A DNA stretch of 62,503 nt, filler included, from Choristocarpus tenellus KU-1152 (Eukaryota; Protista; Phaeophyceae), in the NCBI GenBank assembly GCA_964200185.2. It is 10 parts of 10 records of this genome, joined end to end, with 100 filler letters (N's around TTAATTAATTAA, not from the genome) between each part and the next. Parts side by side here need not be neighbours in the genome. Positions count along the whole stretch, not along the records: positions 33,954 to 40,369 come from CAXNAD020008186.1; positions 40,470 to 53,063 come from CAXNAD020001773.1; 8 more parts are not named here. One strand, given 5' to 3'. Under the pieces are notes generated by a model. It made no database searches and was not told where the DNA came from. It saw only the letters and a program-made list of their open reading frames with translations. This document shows positions 39,501-51,283 of this stretch, piece after piece. The position numbers and the translations under genes were made by a program. The stretch's first letter is position 1, and each line of letters opens with the position of its first letter.

Positions 39501-40150
39501 TAATTGGAAATTTATGAAGGAACACTTAATAGAGCTGCAAACTAGAATTTTTTGTCCAAATTAGAATGTGCTCCCTTGTTATGCCATCAAGTTCACACTC
39601 ACAAAACTATTGTTCTTGTGCTTTCTCATACCAGCTACACTGTTGACCTCTACAGCAATATACTTCGGGACCCCACCAAACATCTCCCTCAAGCCTGAGG
39701 CAAAGTCAAGGGGATGATGGCCAGATCTAAGCATGCCCACTTCAGTACGAATCATAACATTGACATCACACTTTATCCCATCACAGTCATTGACATAAGT
39801 TTTGTTCATTTATTGCCGCGTACGACCTTATGGTCATTTCAACATAGTAGTACCTACTGTCTCACCGCTGGTAGGGGGCCAAGACAATCACAACAAGATA
39901 AATGGCAACTGGGGAGGTTATTCTACCATCATGACATGCTCGGTATACCTCTTACAACCTAGCCATATTTTTATTATACAACTCACAGCACAACGGACAA
40001 AGCCCACGACAAGAGAACAGAGTGCTCTGATGGTGGAATCTGCAACCGGGAAACTGGGATATGCAACTGTGGTCCTCTCTTCCATGGTGCAGCATGCGAG
40101 TACATGATTTGCCCTGGTGGAACAGCAAATGCTTGCCATGGACATGGGAG
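36507..40150 (+). CDS. Secreted tenascin-type EGF-repeat protein (stramenopile mastigoneme/Sig-like), 3' truncated; exons ~36507-36631, 37079-37378, 37578-37718, 37881-38063, 38329-38456, 38660-38782, 39039-39236, 39989-40150
   Basis: Signal peptide; CPNRCNRHGDC, CSNRGTCNRQTGRCQC..GYSGAAC, WD.DK..KCVCD.GY.GYDCS.RQCPTGDDP, ECSNRGLCD repeats. Confidence 0.88.
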
Positions 40151-40912
40151 GTGAGCTCCCAGAAATCTCCACCCCAAATGCTCAAAGTATCTGGGGAGGG
40201 TGGTGGCTGTCCATCTGGGGCCAATTTTTTCATGTCGTGATTTTTGGGTATTTGATTTCATATGTCGGATGGAGAATGAAAGTGCACTTTTCCTGGTTAT
40301 GGCCCAAATGGACACCCTGGTGTAGACCCACCCACATAACCCCCCCCCCCCCCCCCCCCCCCACCCCCCNNNNNNNNNNNNNNNNNNNNNNNNNNNNNNN
40401 NNNNNNNNNNNNNTTAATTAATTAANNNNNNNNNNNNNNNNNNNNNNNNNNNNNNNNNNNNNNNNNNNNGTAGACCCCCCCCCCTCCCTCAGATACTTTG
40501 GGTCGGTGGCGTTGGCGCACTGTTACTACTGTGGATTTCTCAAGCCGAAGCGAAGTGGTGTGGCGATCCAAAATTACATTGTTATATACGTTTTCAAAAC
40601 AATATAACAATGGAGACAAAAGCACAATAAATTTGCGTTCTGAACCCCTTCGCGATGTGGGTGCTACTCCAGGTGAGATCCCACAGTACGCGAGTGGATG
40701 GGCAATGTACTAGCAGAGGGAGAATGGTATGGACAGTACGATTGTCCGTACACTGCCACAGCTTGGGGACGCCTGAGCCTGTGCCTGATTTCTGAGACGT
40801 ATTTGCGAACTTCTACTCTGGACTATGTTGCATATATATTTTCGACTGTCTCATGTTGTGACTTAAAAAACTTAAACCTCGATATTGACCAGACCGTGCA
40901 CTTGTGTGTGTG

Positions 40913-41210
40913 TGTTACTGCGCGCTCCAGAAGCTTACCTCCACAGGGTGTATAGCTCCCATCTACAGGTCTAGAGATGATACTGATGCACGTATAGGAC
41001 TCCTGATGCACATCATCAATATCATCGTATAAAAGGAACTGGTCTACGATGTCTTATCACTATCGGGGATCGTAATGACCAAATAATAAATAAATAGTCA
41101 AGAAGTACAAATATATCAAATCTAGAANNNNNNNNNNATATATCAGGTCTAGAACTTCAAGGTCATAATGGTGTTTATGAAACCGCCATCAAGACATATC
41201 GCCTGTAACA
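40913..41210 (+). mobile_element. Family D solo-LTR-like element (TGTTAC...GTAACA), TSD TGTG
   Basis: Terminal TG..CA inverted hexamers; TATAAAA followed by AATAAA; inserted in a (TG)n tract. Confidence 0.75.
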
Positions 41211-42361
41211 TGTGCGTGCGTGTGTGTGTGTGTGTGTGTGTATGTGTGTGTGTTTGTGTATGATTTTGCTATATCTGTTCTTCCCTGATCTTATTTGTTT
41301 GTTTGTGTTTGCTGTCATCCTGTAGATCAAGAGTGCACAGAGAACAGGGAATTACTGCCTGCCTATTGCCTAGGTTTGGGGAAGAGGGGTTTCCACAGTT
41401 CATGTCGTTGTCTGTGCCGCTAATCTAAAACGCGCGCTGGAAGAGATCTGGCATTTACCTTGTTGTGGTAGATGGTATACGGCTGGGGTGGATGTGTCCT
41501 TCTATCCAGCGCATGATCAGTAGGAAGAATAGATGCCCCTTAACTCTCTACTATAGCGCCATGCCTGCTGGTCTGCAGTGGTGGTGGGTGCGCATGCATT
41601 CTCGTGGTTGCGGTTGGGTACTCTGTGCTCTCTGTGTTCTGAGAGTATGTTGAGTTGTTTTGCAAGGTGCTGGGAGGGCACTTCCCGATGAAGGTGCAGC
41701 CACGTTTCCTTTGTCCCTAGGTAGGTAGGGTTGCGTTTGGTACTATTTTCTGTCGTTGGAAGTGCTCAATCTTCTCTAACTTGCGGTTGTGTTTGAGGGA
41801 TGAGGAGTCAAGCAGAGACCTGTAGGGAACTACACAATCCCTTCGCTCGTCGTCATCAAATTGGATTGAGATGCATTATCTGCAATTTGCTTACCCGTTG
41901 TTTTAGGATTGAAAGTGCGTTATTGGGCGGGAGGATGACGTGGTGGTACGACCAAGGGAGAGGGAAGAACCTAATTTGACTCCATTTGTTTGTGGTGGAA
42001 AGTGAAGTCGGTAGAGATCTACGTACAAGGAATCGGTAGGGGGCAGTCAAAAACGTAATGTCTGACGGTAAGGGCGTAGGTGGCTGAATATAGTAGAGGT
42101 CTCGAGTTGGAGGTGGGGAAGGTGGTGGTTTTGAGGATACGGTGGAAAGGCGTAGTAGATCTATAAGCGACAAGTAGGAGAGTAATGTGGTCGGAGGTTT
42201 GGGGAAAGTGTAACGAGTAGAGGATAGAGTGTGGCGATTGTTTGGTAGGTGTTGATGGTTGGTGGAGGAGGTCGATTTCGTTTTTTTTCTGGTTAGAATG
42301 GTAGAAAGGGGTGTGTGTGATATGAGTATGGTTTTTATTGCGGTAAGTGTCAGTTAAATCG

Positions 42362-42443
42362 GACGACGTGCCCGAGCGGTTAAGGGGATTGACTAGAAAT
42401 CAATTGCGGTTTCCGCGCGCAGGTTCGAGTCCTGCCGTCGTCG
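42362..42443 (+). tRNA. tRNA-Ser (anticodon AGA)
   Basis: Acceptor stem GACGACG/CGTCGTC, anticodon arm ATTGA-CTAGAAA-TCAAT, long variable arm GCGG-TTT-CCGC, GGTTCGAGTCC T-loop. Confidence 0.97.
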
Positions 42444-42855
42444 TGGAACATGGCAAGGGTCCCTATCTCTTAGGTTACATTTTTCCTTTTGCTTTCCCTA
42501 CTATTCAAATATTTTGGTCCTTTGTCCACTTGATCCAATTCATTATTGGGATTGTGTTCAAAAATACAAACTGTAATTCGCACTAGCTTGACCAAGGGTT
42601 CCCCCTTGGGGCCGGCCCGTCGTCAGAAGAGGTCGCGCAGAGGAACAATAAACAGTCACATCAATATACAATTTATAATAGTGCAATACAACACCACAAC
42701 CAAAAAATATTTTAACAGAAAATGTGGACCGTGTAGCTAAGAGGGGCAGCCAAGACCCAGACTCTACTCGATATTGTTACACCGGAGTACCTCACAACAA
42801 CTAGTACCACTATCCCACCACCAGCAATAGGACCTCCACCAACTTGAGGTCCTAC

Positions 42856-43179
42856 TGTTGTGGGCGAAATGTCTTGATGGCGGTTTCATAGACACCATTA
42901 TGACCTTCAAGTCCTAGACTTTATAGATTTATACTTCTTCTTGACTATTTACTTACTATTTGATCATTATGGTCCACGATTGAGACAAGATATCGCTGAC
43001 CAGTTCATTTTTATACAATGATATTGATACTTATGAAGGGAACAATCCAAGCGAGAGATCCGGCATACTTGACGACTTGTGCGCCAGGAGTCCTGTACGT
43101 GAATCAGCGACATCTGTAGGCTCGTGGACTGGAGCTATAACACCCCGTGGGGGTAAGCTTAGTGGAGCGTGCCGTAACA
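42856..43179 (-). mobile_element. Family D solo-LTR-like element, TSD CTAC
   Basis: CTAC|TGTTG...GTAACA|CTAC; homologous to the copies at 40913, 49300 and 50953; partial copies at ~43775-43885 and ~3818-3920. Confidence 0.8.
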
Positions 43180-43475
43180 CTACCGGGAAAAGTATACTCC
43201 TCAGGGTCTCACATCCTGGACCGTGCATAATCTAAACACCGTTAATGACATGTCATCACCAACAACAAAAAAACGAGAGTGCAAAGCCCAGAAAAAACAA
43301 GAGACCGATGAGAAAACGCGACATTCTGCAGGCAGTAGTAGCAAGCAGTGAGCACACCTGCACTCTCATCTACTTGCCAAGCAGATCTCGTAGATTGCCG
43401 TCCTTTGATACTGAGAAGAGCCTATTTTTGAAGGAATGAAGAAGCGACATGGACAGGAGAAGCACTGGTGGATGC

Positions 43476-43739
43476 GAGTTGAATTATCTCAGAGGGTAGA
43501 GTCGCGTCCATTTGCGGACTGAAATGCAATGTTGCAATTTATTATGAAATTATGGCTATCATGTTTGTTAGGAGATGTCAATATCCTTCTTCCGGGCGCA
43601 CCTTTTCATAACGTATACATTTATTTCACCTCCTTCGAAAATATTTGGAGTAGGTAAAATGTCATTAAAAAACCGTGGGAAGCCAAGCCCCAACTGGACA
43701 AACAGGGAAAAACTCGTACCCTCTAAGATACTTTCACTC
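43476..43739 (+). mobile_element. MITE family A (left TIR degenerate, no clear TSD)
   Basis: Full-length similarity to the other family A copies. Confidence 0.85.
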
Positions 43740-45452
43740 TCTGTTACAACACGGAAGTCTCGGTAGGACCTCCATATAACAGCACGGTCCAGAAGCTTAC
43801 CTCCACAGGATGTATAGCTCCAGTCCATAAGCCTATACTATAGATGACGCTGATGCACGTATAGGACTCCTGATGCACAAGTAGTTCCTCCCAACATATA
43901 TCTCAAATATTAGGTCTAATTATCAATCTCATGTCTTACCGAACCAAAACATGACAACGTGACAACATGGCAACTAATTACATCGGGCATACAAACACCA
44001 TTCACCCGATCTTACCCCTACCAAATACACGAAGGTCGATCCACCTATTCTCGCCCACCCTCTCTTCCCTCGGTTCTCGAGCTTGTGGACGTTCTCAAGC
44101 AGTCAACAATGTAATCGGCGATCTCTTACAGAAAACCTCGCCTTGCCAACAAGGCTGGCCCTGCCACTAGTAACTTGGTTGAAGAAATGACACAGACTTC
44201 CGGCCTCATCCTCTTGTTCGGGCTCTTGGCCCTTATTCCCGCCGTCTTGGACCTCATTGGCATTTCCGCAGAAGACGTGGATTAGAATGGGGAACCCAAC
44301 GTGGCCTTTCCTCCTATCGTCGCTCTCATTGGCGTCATCTTCAGGGTCATCTTTGGGGCCACGTCCGTCTCCATCGGTTTCCAATACCTCGTCTCCCGAT
44401 GAGCAAGCAAATGGACTTCCACGATGGGCCTGGTTGTTACCCTGTTGGCATGGTTTCCGTTCACGGTGACCGTCGCACAAATTAGCTTCAGTGCAAGTAA
44501 CGGTTTGATGGGAGGCCCACCACTGGTGATCGATGCTACAGCATACTCTCCGACGCAGGGCGAGGTAGGTGAGTACGAATACTACAGTTGATCGACATGT
44601 TATCGACTCGTGTGGTTTGGACAGATGACTGATCGTTCGAACACTGTTTCCCCCTCCTCGCTGAGCCTGCCCATCGCCCGCCTAAACACGCTCCTCAGAT
44701 CAACTCCATTGCTGTTCTTGGGATTATCGGCTTCTAAGACTACGCTGGCACAGTGGGCACTTGCGAGTGTACTTGAGTTTGGTGAAGTACAGTACAGTGT
44801 TCCATCGCAATGTGTTAGGACATTGGTGAGCCCCTGTGCTACCGAGCTGGTAGTCACCTCACACTTCGTGAGAGACAAAGGGCTGAGTGACGTTGTTGGG
44901 TGTACTAGTACTTGATCATCTGTAGTCGCTTGTGGTCACCACATGCCTAGCCTTTGGACTGACTCTGAAAGCCTCCAACTCACTCAATCGTTTGTCATCA
45001 CCCTGTACCCTGTTCATGGCGCCCCACCGTTCTACCCTGGAAATTCGGGCACCTGGTTCAACCGTCCTCGGGTCATTGGTGAGTCGAGCGATAGGGTTGA
45101 AAGCTGCACGATAATCTCGAACAGTAGAGAAGAAGTTCCCTCAGTCATAAATGCACGTATTTAGTGTGGCTGACGTGCATGACGAGTGAATTCAGTCAGC
45201 TCTTTTAACGCTTGGTGACTTGCCCTTCTCCTGCTTGGCGTGATACAGAAGCGTAGTACTCGCGGGGAATGCTTGACCTTCAATCAACCCCACTCCACCG
45301 GAAGAGCATCAAAGCGATCCTTAGTCGTCCTCACCATTGCACCTCTCACTTTCGGTGTGAAGTTTGTCGTTTAACACTCTCGACCCGTACGTACTCTTAA
45401 CTCTGTGCCACTGCCACTCCTCCTCTCTCGTGGCTGGGTGTGTTGCGTGCAG

Positions 45453-46497
45453 GCGCTCTGACCTCCCTGCACTGGAAGAGCTGGAAAATCCACTGTGGGC
45501 AGGGGGCGATCTATACTGCCGAATATTACCGTTCCCGCCAGGCCTACTACGGCCTCCTCACCTTAATGGTTGGGCTTGTCCAGGTTGTGCTCGGTAAGTC
45601 TCTGATCTCGACTCCCCTCTGGTGCGCCTGGGTCAGTGTACAAGATATTTCTCATGGCGGATGGAGTAATAATCCCGGTGCTTGAAGTACTTGGATGGAT
45701 GCACAACGCCCATTTTTTGTCATCTCTGTTGCATGAAGTGTGGCAGACAAGTCAATTGTAGATACCTGAACTGGTCAGGATTGGCAGTAGTGTGCACTTG
45801 ACAAGGTTTAGTCGTTCATTGTTCTTCACCTTCAAACACATATAGAATGTGTGGATGTGTGCACATGGGATGCCTCTGGATTACGTCCACGTGACGTAAA
45901 TCACTAGGGGAAGTTCATTCATTCCATTCGAGTGTGTTGAGTCTGGGGATCGGTTCAAAGTTGGTTGGTACCCACCCAGGCGCTCTGCTCTCACGGTTCC
46001 ATGGTCGTGCAAGCTTCAGGGGCGATATAATCGACGCTGCACAGTACTATTAACCAAAAGCAGTAGGCTATACTGCTGTGCCGTGACCTATCCCCAACCT
46101 CATACAATGATACTCTTCCCCTCACCCTACCGTTTGTTCAGGTGCGTACATCATAAACAGGTTCTCTGAAGGCCAACTTCCTCCACCAATCGCTTGTGCT
46201 CCGTTCTTTGTGCTCTTTCCTGAGATCAGCATCGCCGTTGGGTCCTCTCAGCTATTTTTGGGCTGCTACATTATCGGCCGCTCAAGATCTCCAAAGATAG
46301 TGTCCGCTCCAGCATGCCTCCTGTGGACCACGAAAGAGATTATGGACTGTTCCGCTTTCAGTTTGTGGCGTGGTCTGTAGTGGCCCTTAGCATCGTGGCT
46401 CAAGTGGTGGGTCAGGTTGCCCGGCATGCTGAGAACAGACCGGGGCTCATTGTGGCTAATGTTATCGGGTTTGGCACCTTCCCAATATACCTTGACG
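45453..46497 (+). pseudogene. Two-exon fragment (45453-45593, 46142-46497) of an uncharacterised multi-pass membrane protein with a frameshift near 46285
   Basis: YYRSRQAYYGLLTLMVGLVQVVLG|AYII.RF..G.LPPPI...FVLFPEISIAVG..Q joined at GTAAGT/CAG; the hydrophobic reading continues to FPIYLD only in another frame. Confidence 0.55.
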
Positions 46498-48122
46498 GTG
46501 AGACTTGAGCAAGCAAGTACACAGAGAGGGGGGGGAGGGGGGGGGGAGGGATTGCATTTCGTATGAAGCAGTATATCCTTTATTCGCTCCTCTGTATACA
46601 TACGTGGGATTTTTTCTCAGCACATTTGCTCGTGGGCGGTAAGAAGGCAAGGCCTTCAAAGTTCAGCGAGCGACAAGTTCACCGTGCTGTGCATGAGCCG
46701 AGCACCCATAGATCACAATGCGTGCTACTCGTACTGCCTATCTGCTAGCCACTTTGAGTATATGCTTGTGTGTCAAAACAACTGAGGGGTATCATTTTCG
46801 GGATCCCGAGAAAGGGCAAAAATATATACTTTTGTACAATATCAGAAAGAGCCCTTTTGCTGAATTGTGGTGTCACCTTGTGTGTAGAAAGGGGGAATAT
46901 CAATTTTGCGTACGCTACTGTGTGAGCACAAAGCTATGAAATATTGTGTGTATTGCACAGGGCAAGAAAGATGGCTGAGAATGCAAGAGGGTCCAAACCT
47001 ACCTACCTCTCAATTGGTTTGGCTCTTGTGCGCTTGATCCTGCAGAGTCCCTGACTTGAACAAGGTCGTGTTCATGTTCCTCTCTTGAGCATCCCCTCCA
47101 GAGAGGAAATCGGTCGGCTGATAAGTTGGTAAGCTCTTGTGTTAAGAGGATGAGGTCACGGTGGTGAAGCTTGGTGCATGAAGCTTGGTGCGCGACAGCT
47201 CAACCGCAATACTCTCCCCTGCAAAATCATAGCGTTCTTCCTGTTCCTGACTAGAGTCCTCCCCCATGCCCCAACGCCGCAAAAATATGCGCTCCACAAC
47301 TTGCTTCTAATCCACAGCTATGGCCCACACCACGCCGGAGTCCATCTCCGAAAGTGTTTTCTACGAAGCCAAAGTAACGTCCACCCAAGTCTGATGGGGT
47401 CGTGTGGCATTCAGGGGAGCAAGCATGCGGATAGGTATTGTACAGATATAGGAGCAGCTGCTTCGTGAGATTCAAGTCTCATGGTGTGCGACCATTCAAA
47501 GGATTGCACCACTCGTTGTGTTGGCTACTTTCGAGTATGGGAGGAGGCACATGCGTGCTACTATCGAGGTTCCTTGAGTCCACATGGAGGGGGGGGGAAA
47601 CATCATCTGTACATATTTGTTTTCGCCTCTCACATGATGTAGAAACTTGTGAGTATGTAGAGAGCAACGTGGAGGGCCGAGAAAATAAATTAAGGCCATG
47701 CCATGATACCTACTACAACCATGTGTAGTATCAGTGGTAATCGGTAGTAGCAATATTAATAGATAATACTCCCTGAAAGCACGAGGAGAGGGAGGCACAC
47801 ACAAGGCTTTCATGTTTCTCAGTATCCATTTTCTTGAGCACTTAAGTAATATTTTGTGCTCTTATGCATTATCGCCTCATACACGATAAGGAAGAGACAC
47901 AGGTTCGTATCTGCGGGGAGAATATTACATCCACATTGCTGTAAACTCCATGCATATATTTGTGAGTCCATGTGCCCTGCCACCGTGAGCTAAAAGAGTT
48001 CGTGCAAAACAACACAGACACACGTTTCCCTCTGTTACCGTTATACGGTCGGAGTGCTAAGTGTAGGGGAACATATATCGCAGCATATGTGTATGTACGA
48101 GCATATCTTTGCGTGTGTAGGG

Positions 48123-48123
<1 letters not shown>

Positions 48124-48164
<41 letters not shown>
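48124..48164. repeat. (TTG)n microsatellite
   Basis: About 13 units. Confidence 0.95.
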
Positions 48165-48433
48165 CGCCGAATCTTACCACTTCCTCTAGTTCTACTTGCC
48201 ACACCAAATCCGGACTGGTCGGTTCGTTTCAATTGGGTGAGGTCAACAGCTCAACAACCGCTGGTTGATCCTCCTTGTACCAGTAGACCGATCAGGAAAA
48301 CAGGCTTTGAGGGCATCGATCTCCCCTGGTGGCTGTGCCAAGAGATGAAAGTTTACTCCCAGCGAATTTGTCGCCTGTTTTGTTCTAAGTTCAGGGCTGA
48401 CATGGTTTGAAGGCGTTTTCGTTGCAAAATCAT

Positions 48434-48539
48434 GTCAAGTCAAGTCAAGTCAAGTCAAGTCAAGTCAAGTCAAGTCAATTCAAGTCAAGTCAAGTCAAGT
48501 CAAGTCAAGTCAAGTCAAGTCAAGTCAAGTCAAGTCAAG
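48434..48539. repeat. (GTCAA)n pentanucleotide microsatellite
   Basis: About 21 units, one variant. Confidence 0.95.
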
Positions 48540-49299
48540 GTCGAACAAACTGAACCTTTGTGTCTTGTTTTCGGGAGGCGAAGGGATATTTCTTAATTTT
48601 GGCGTGGAATCTCCAAAAACGCAAACAAACTGCGATCAACAAAAGGATGTTCGTGGAAATGGTTGAACCTATACGCAACGTTGGCCTGTGCATGTGAGAA
48701 AAGCGTATGTGGATCAGTTTAATCTATTTTCGGCATTGCTGGTTCAAACTGTGGAAATCTGGGCATGACATCCAAACCACTAGTCAACACCGCATCCCTG
48801 ACATGATGCGCAAATATCACAATCTCCAGCATGATCCCAATTTCTACTCTTATATATATTTTTCTTTTGAATCAAAGTGAACGAGAGGTAACCAGGTTTT
48901 GGTCGTCTTGCATTTAAGTTTTGTTTTGCAATCTTTTGGCGTTCGCCGATATCTCTACGGATGAAGTTCTAAGTTTGACTTGAGAGCATGCATTTCTCTA
49001 TTGTTCCAACGTTTTCCGATACAATTCAGAAAACATCCTATATGCATTTGTGAAAAAAGGCGAATTTTGCACGTATTTGTCAGCATCCTAAGAATGCAAC
49101 TCTTGGTACCTCTCGCTTATTTGACTCTCTTCCAGTTTCACATCCCATAAAGCATGTGTGAGGTATAATATATCGATTCCAAGGGGGTATCACTCCATCT
49201 TTCGCTCTCTGTACATCCGTATAAGACAGAGTTAGTTGTTGTTTTGGCACACCCTTCAACAGGTGAGGTGTGATATAGAAGCAGTAGTAGTGTTGTAGG

Positions 49300-49621
49300 T
49301 GTTACAGGCGATATGTCGTGATGATGGCGGTTTCATAAACACCATGATGATGTTGAAGTCATATATTTTATATCTTTGTACTTCTTGACCATTTATTTAT
49401 TATTTAGTTCTTATCATACACCCCCACATGGTACATAGGTGCCAGTCCCTTTTTATACCACGATATTGACCATACTTATGAAGGAATAATCCAAGGGAGA
49501 GATCCAGCATACTTGACGACTTGTGCACCAGGAGCCCTTTACGTGCATCAGCGTCATCTATAGGCCTGTAGATTGGAGCTATACATCATATGGAGGTAAG
49601 CTTCTGGAGCGTGCTGTAACA
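49300..49621 (-). mobile_element. Family D solo-LTR-like element (TGTTACAG...CTGTAACA), flanks TAGG/TCGG
   Basis: 8-bp terminal inverted repeat; homology to the other family D copies. Confidence 0.8.
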
Positions 49622-49893
49622 TCGGCAGCAAGCAGAAAATGTTACACATAGCTTCATTAGGGAGCGACAGCACCGGGCGGGTAAGCACCAGATCAAATAG
49701 AGTAAGGGGGGGATCAGCGAGAGGCGGGGAAGGCTGTACCCAGCACAGTAGAAGCAAGGCATGCACACGGAGGAAGTACAGGTAGTTGTAGCAACTCTGA
49801 CCACGGGTCCAAGAAGACAGTAGTAGTGTATTCAATCCGACAACAGTAATCGAAATGCAGAGTATGATCACATTAGTGATCTACGAGAGCTCT

Positions 49894-50132
49894 GAGTGAA
49901 AGTACCTTAGAGGGTACGATTTTTTCCCTGTTTGTCCATTTGGGACTTGGTTTCCAACGGGGTTTTAATGACATTTGGACTAGTTAAAATGTATACGCTA
50001 TGAAAAGGTGTGTCCGGAACAAGGGTATTGACATCTCTTAAGAAACACGATAGCCTAAGTTACATCGAAATTGTAACATTGGATTTTGGCCCCCAAATGG
50101 ACGCGGCCCTACCCTCCAAGATAATTTGACTC
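49894..50132 (-). mobile_element. MITE family A with internal deletion
   Basis: TIRs present; the central hairpin segment is missing. Confidence 0.85.
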
Positions 50133-50468
50133 AGCTACACTAAGTAACTACGCGGGCACACCAAACGGATGACCTGGTTGCGCTGGTGGCGGCAACGGTA
50201 GAGCAAGGTTGGCCGAATGAGGGAGATTACATTTGGTTGTTGTGAGGTGCGCAGGGTTACGGGTCTACGGTGGTAGTAGCGGTAGGCTGCAGGAGAGAGA
50301 AAGGAGAGTGCGACCAAGTCTGATATGTGTTCCAACAGAGCCCAAGGGACGATAAGGTGTGGTGAGTGGGGTTGTGATAGGTTGAGTGGGGCAGCAGAGG
50401 TGTGTAGGAGGTTGTAGGAAGATATTGTTTTTGAACAAGATGGGTAACGTTATTGAACCTGCGCTATG

Positions 50469-50540
50469 TCCCTCGTAGTCCAACGGTTAGGATATCTGAC
50501 TTTCACTCAGGGGACCCGGGTTCGACTCCCGGCGAGGGAG
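50469..50540 (+). tRNA. tRNA-Glu (anticodon TTC)
   Basis: Acceptor stem TCCCTCG/CGAGGGA, anticodon arm TCTGA-CTTTCAC-TCAGG, GGTTCGACTCC T-loop; 72 nt. Confidence 0.97.
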
Positions 50541-50952
50541 ATATATCTCTCTTTATCTATCTCTCTTTTGATCTTTGTTCTGTCTCCTTTCTCCCTCCTA
50601 CCCCATCGTCCTCTTTTCCCCACACGTACATACTTTCATGCAACTGGGAGCCTAACCTATCGATCGATCAATCCATCCATCACGCGAGGAGTTCATCGAG
50701 TCTTCGAAAGGTGCAACCAACATCTGTGGTGTACAAGGAGGGTCTGGGGTTGGCCAGAGAGGCATCCGTAACCACCATACATTTGATAACATCACCAGTT
50801 TTCAGTTGATAGCATCAGTCCATTACTGTATATAACATTCAACTACTGAGCGCCTCATAACATGCCGGATCTTCTTTACACCTACTCCAGGAAGATGTAA
50901 GAACAGATTCGTTGTGGGGGTCAAGCTGAAAACTATTTCTACATTATAGTAT

Positions 50953-51283
50953 TGTCACGGCCGCCGTTGTGTCCTCATGGAATTTATTAAACCACCATTA
51001 CGACCTTGAAGTCCTACATTATATATATATATATATATACTTCTTGGCTCATTTTTTATTACCTAGTCATTATGATGCCGTATAGAGGTCGGAAACATTT
51101 GTCCAGTCCTATTTATATACCCCAATGAAAGTCATGAAGTGAATAATCGAAGTGGGAGACACGGAATATTTGATGACATTCCCTCTACTACGGCGCCCTC
51201 TACGAGCCTCGTGTTCAGCCAATAGCCTTGTGGATTGGAGCTACGTATCCCATCATGACAAGCTTGCGGAACGTTTTGTAACA
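50953..51283 (-). mobile_element. Family D solo-LTR-like element (more diverged), flanks GTAT/GCAT
   Basis: TGTCAC...GTAACA; shares ACCATTA.GACCTTGAAGTCCT and GGATTGGAGCTA..AAGCTT blocks with the other copies. Confidence 0.72.

Noticed and set aside
40180-40504. Family B element apparently continuing across the linker
   Set aside because: Both contigs merely end in a high-copy repeat, so contiguity cannot be inferred.
44100-45900. Possible Mutator/SWIM transposase relic on the minus strand
   Set aside because: Only a faint resemblance (QF.YLQL.C..H, HPSKYF); too decayed to support without a search.
47869-48410. Poly-Q, poly-C, poly-T and poly-V ORFs
   Set aside because: These are translations of the (TTG)n microsatellite.
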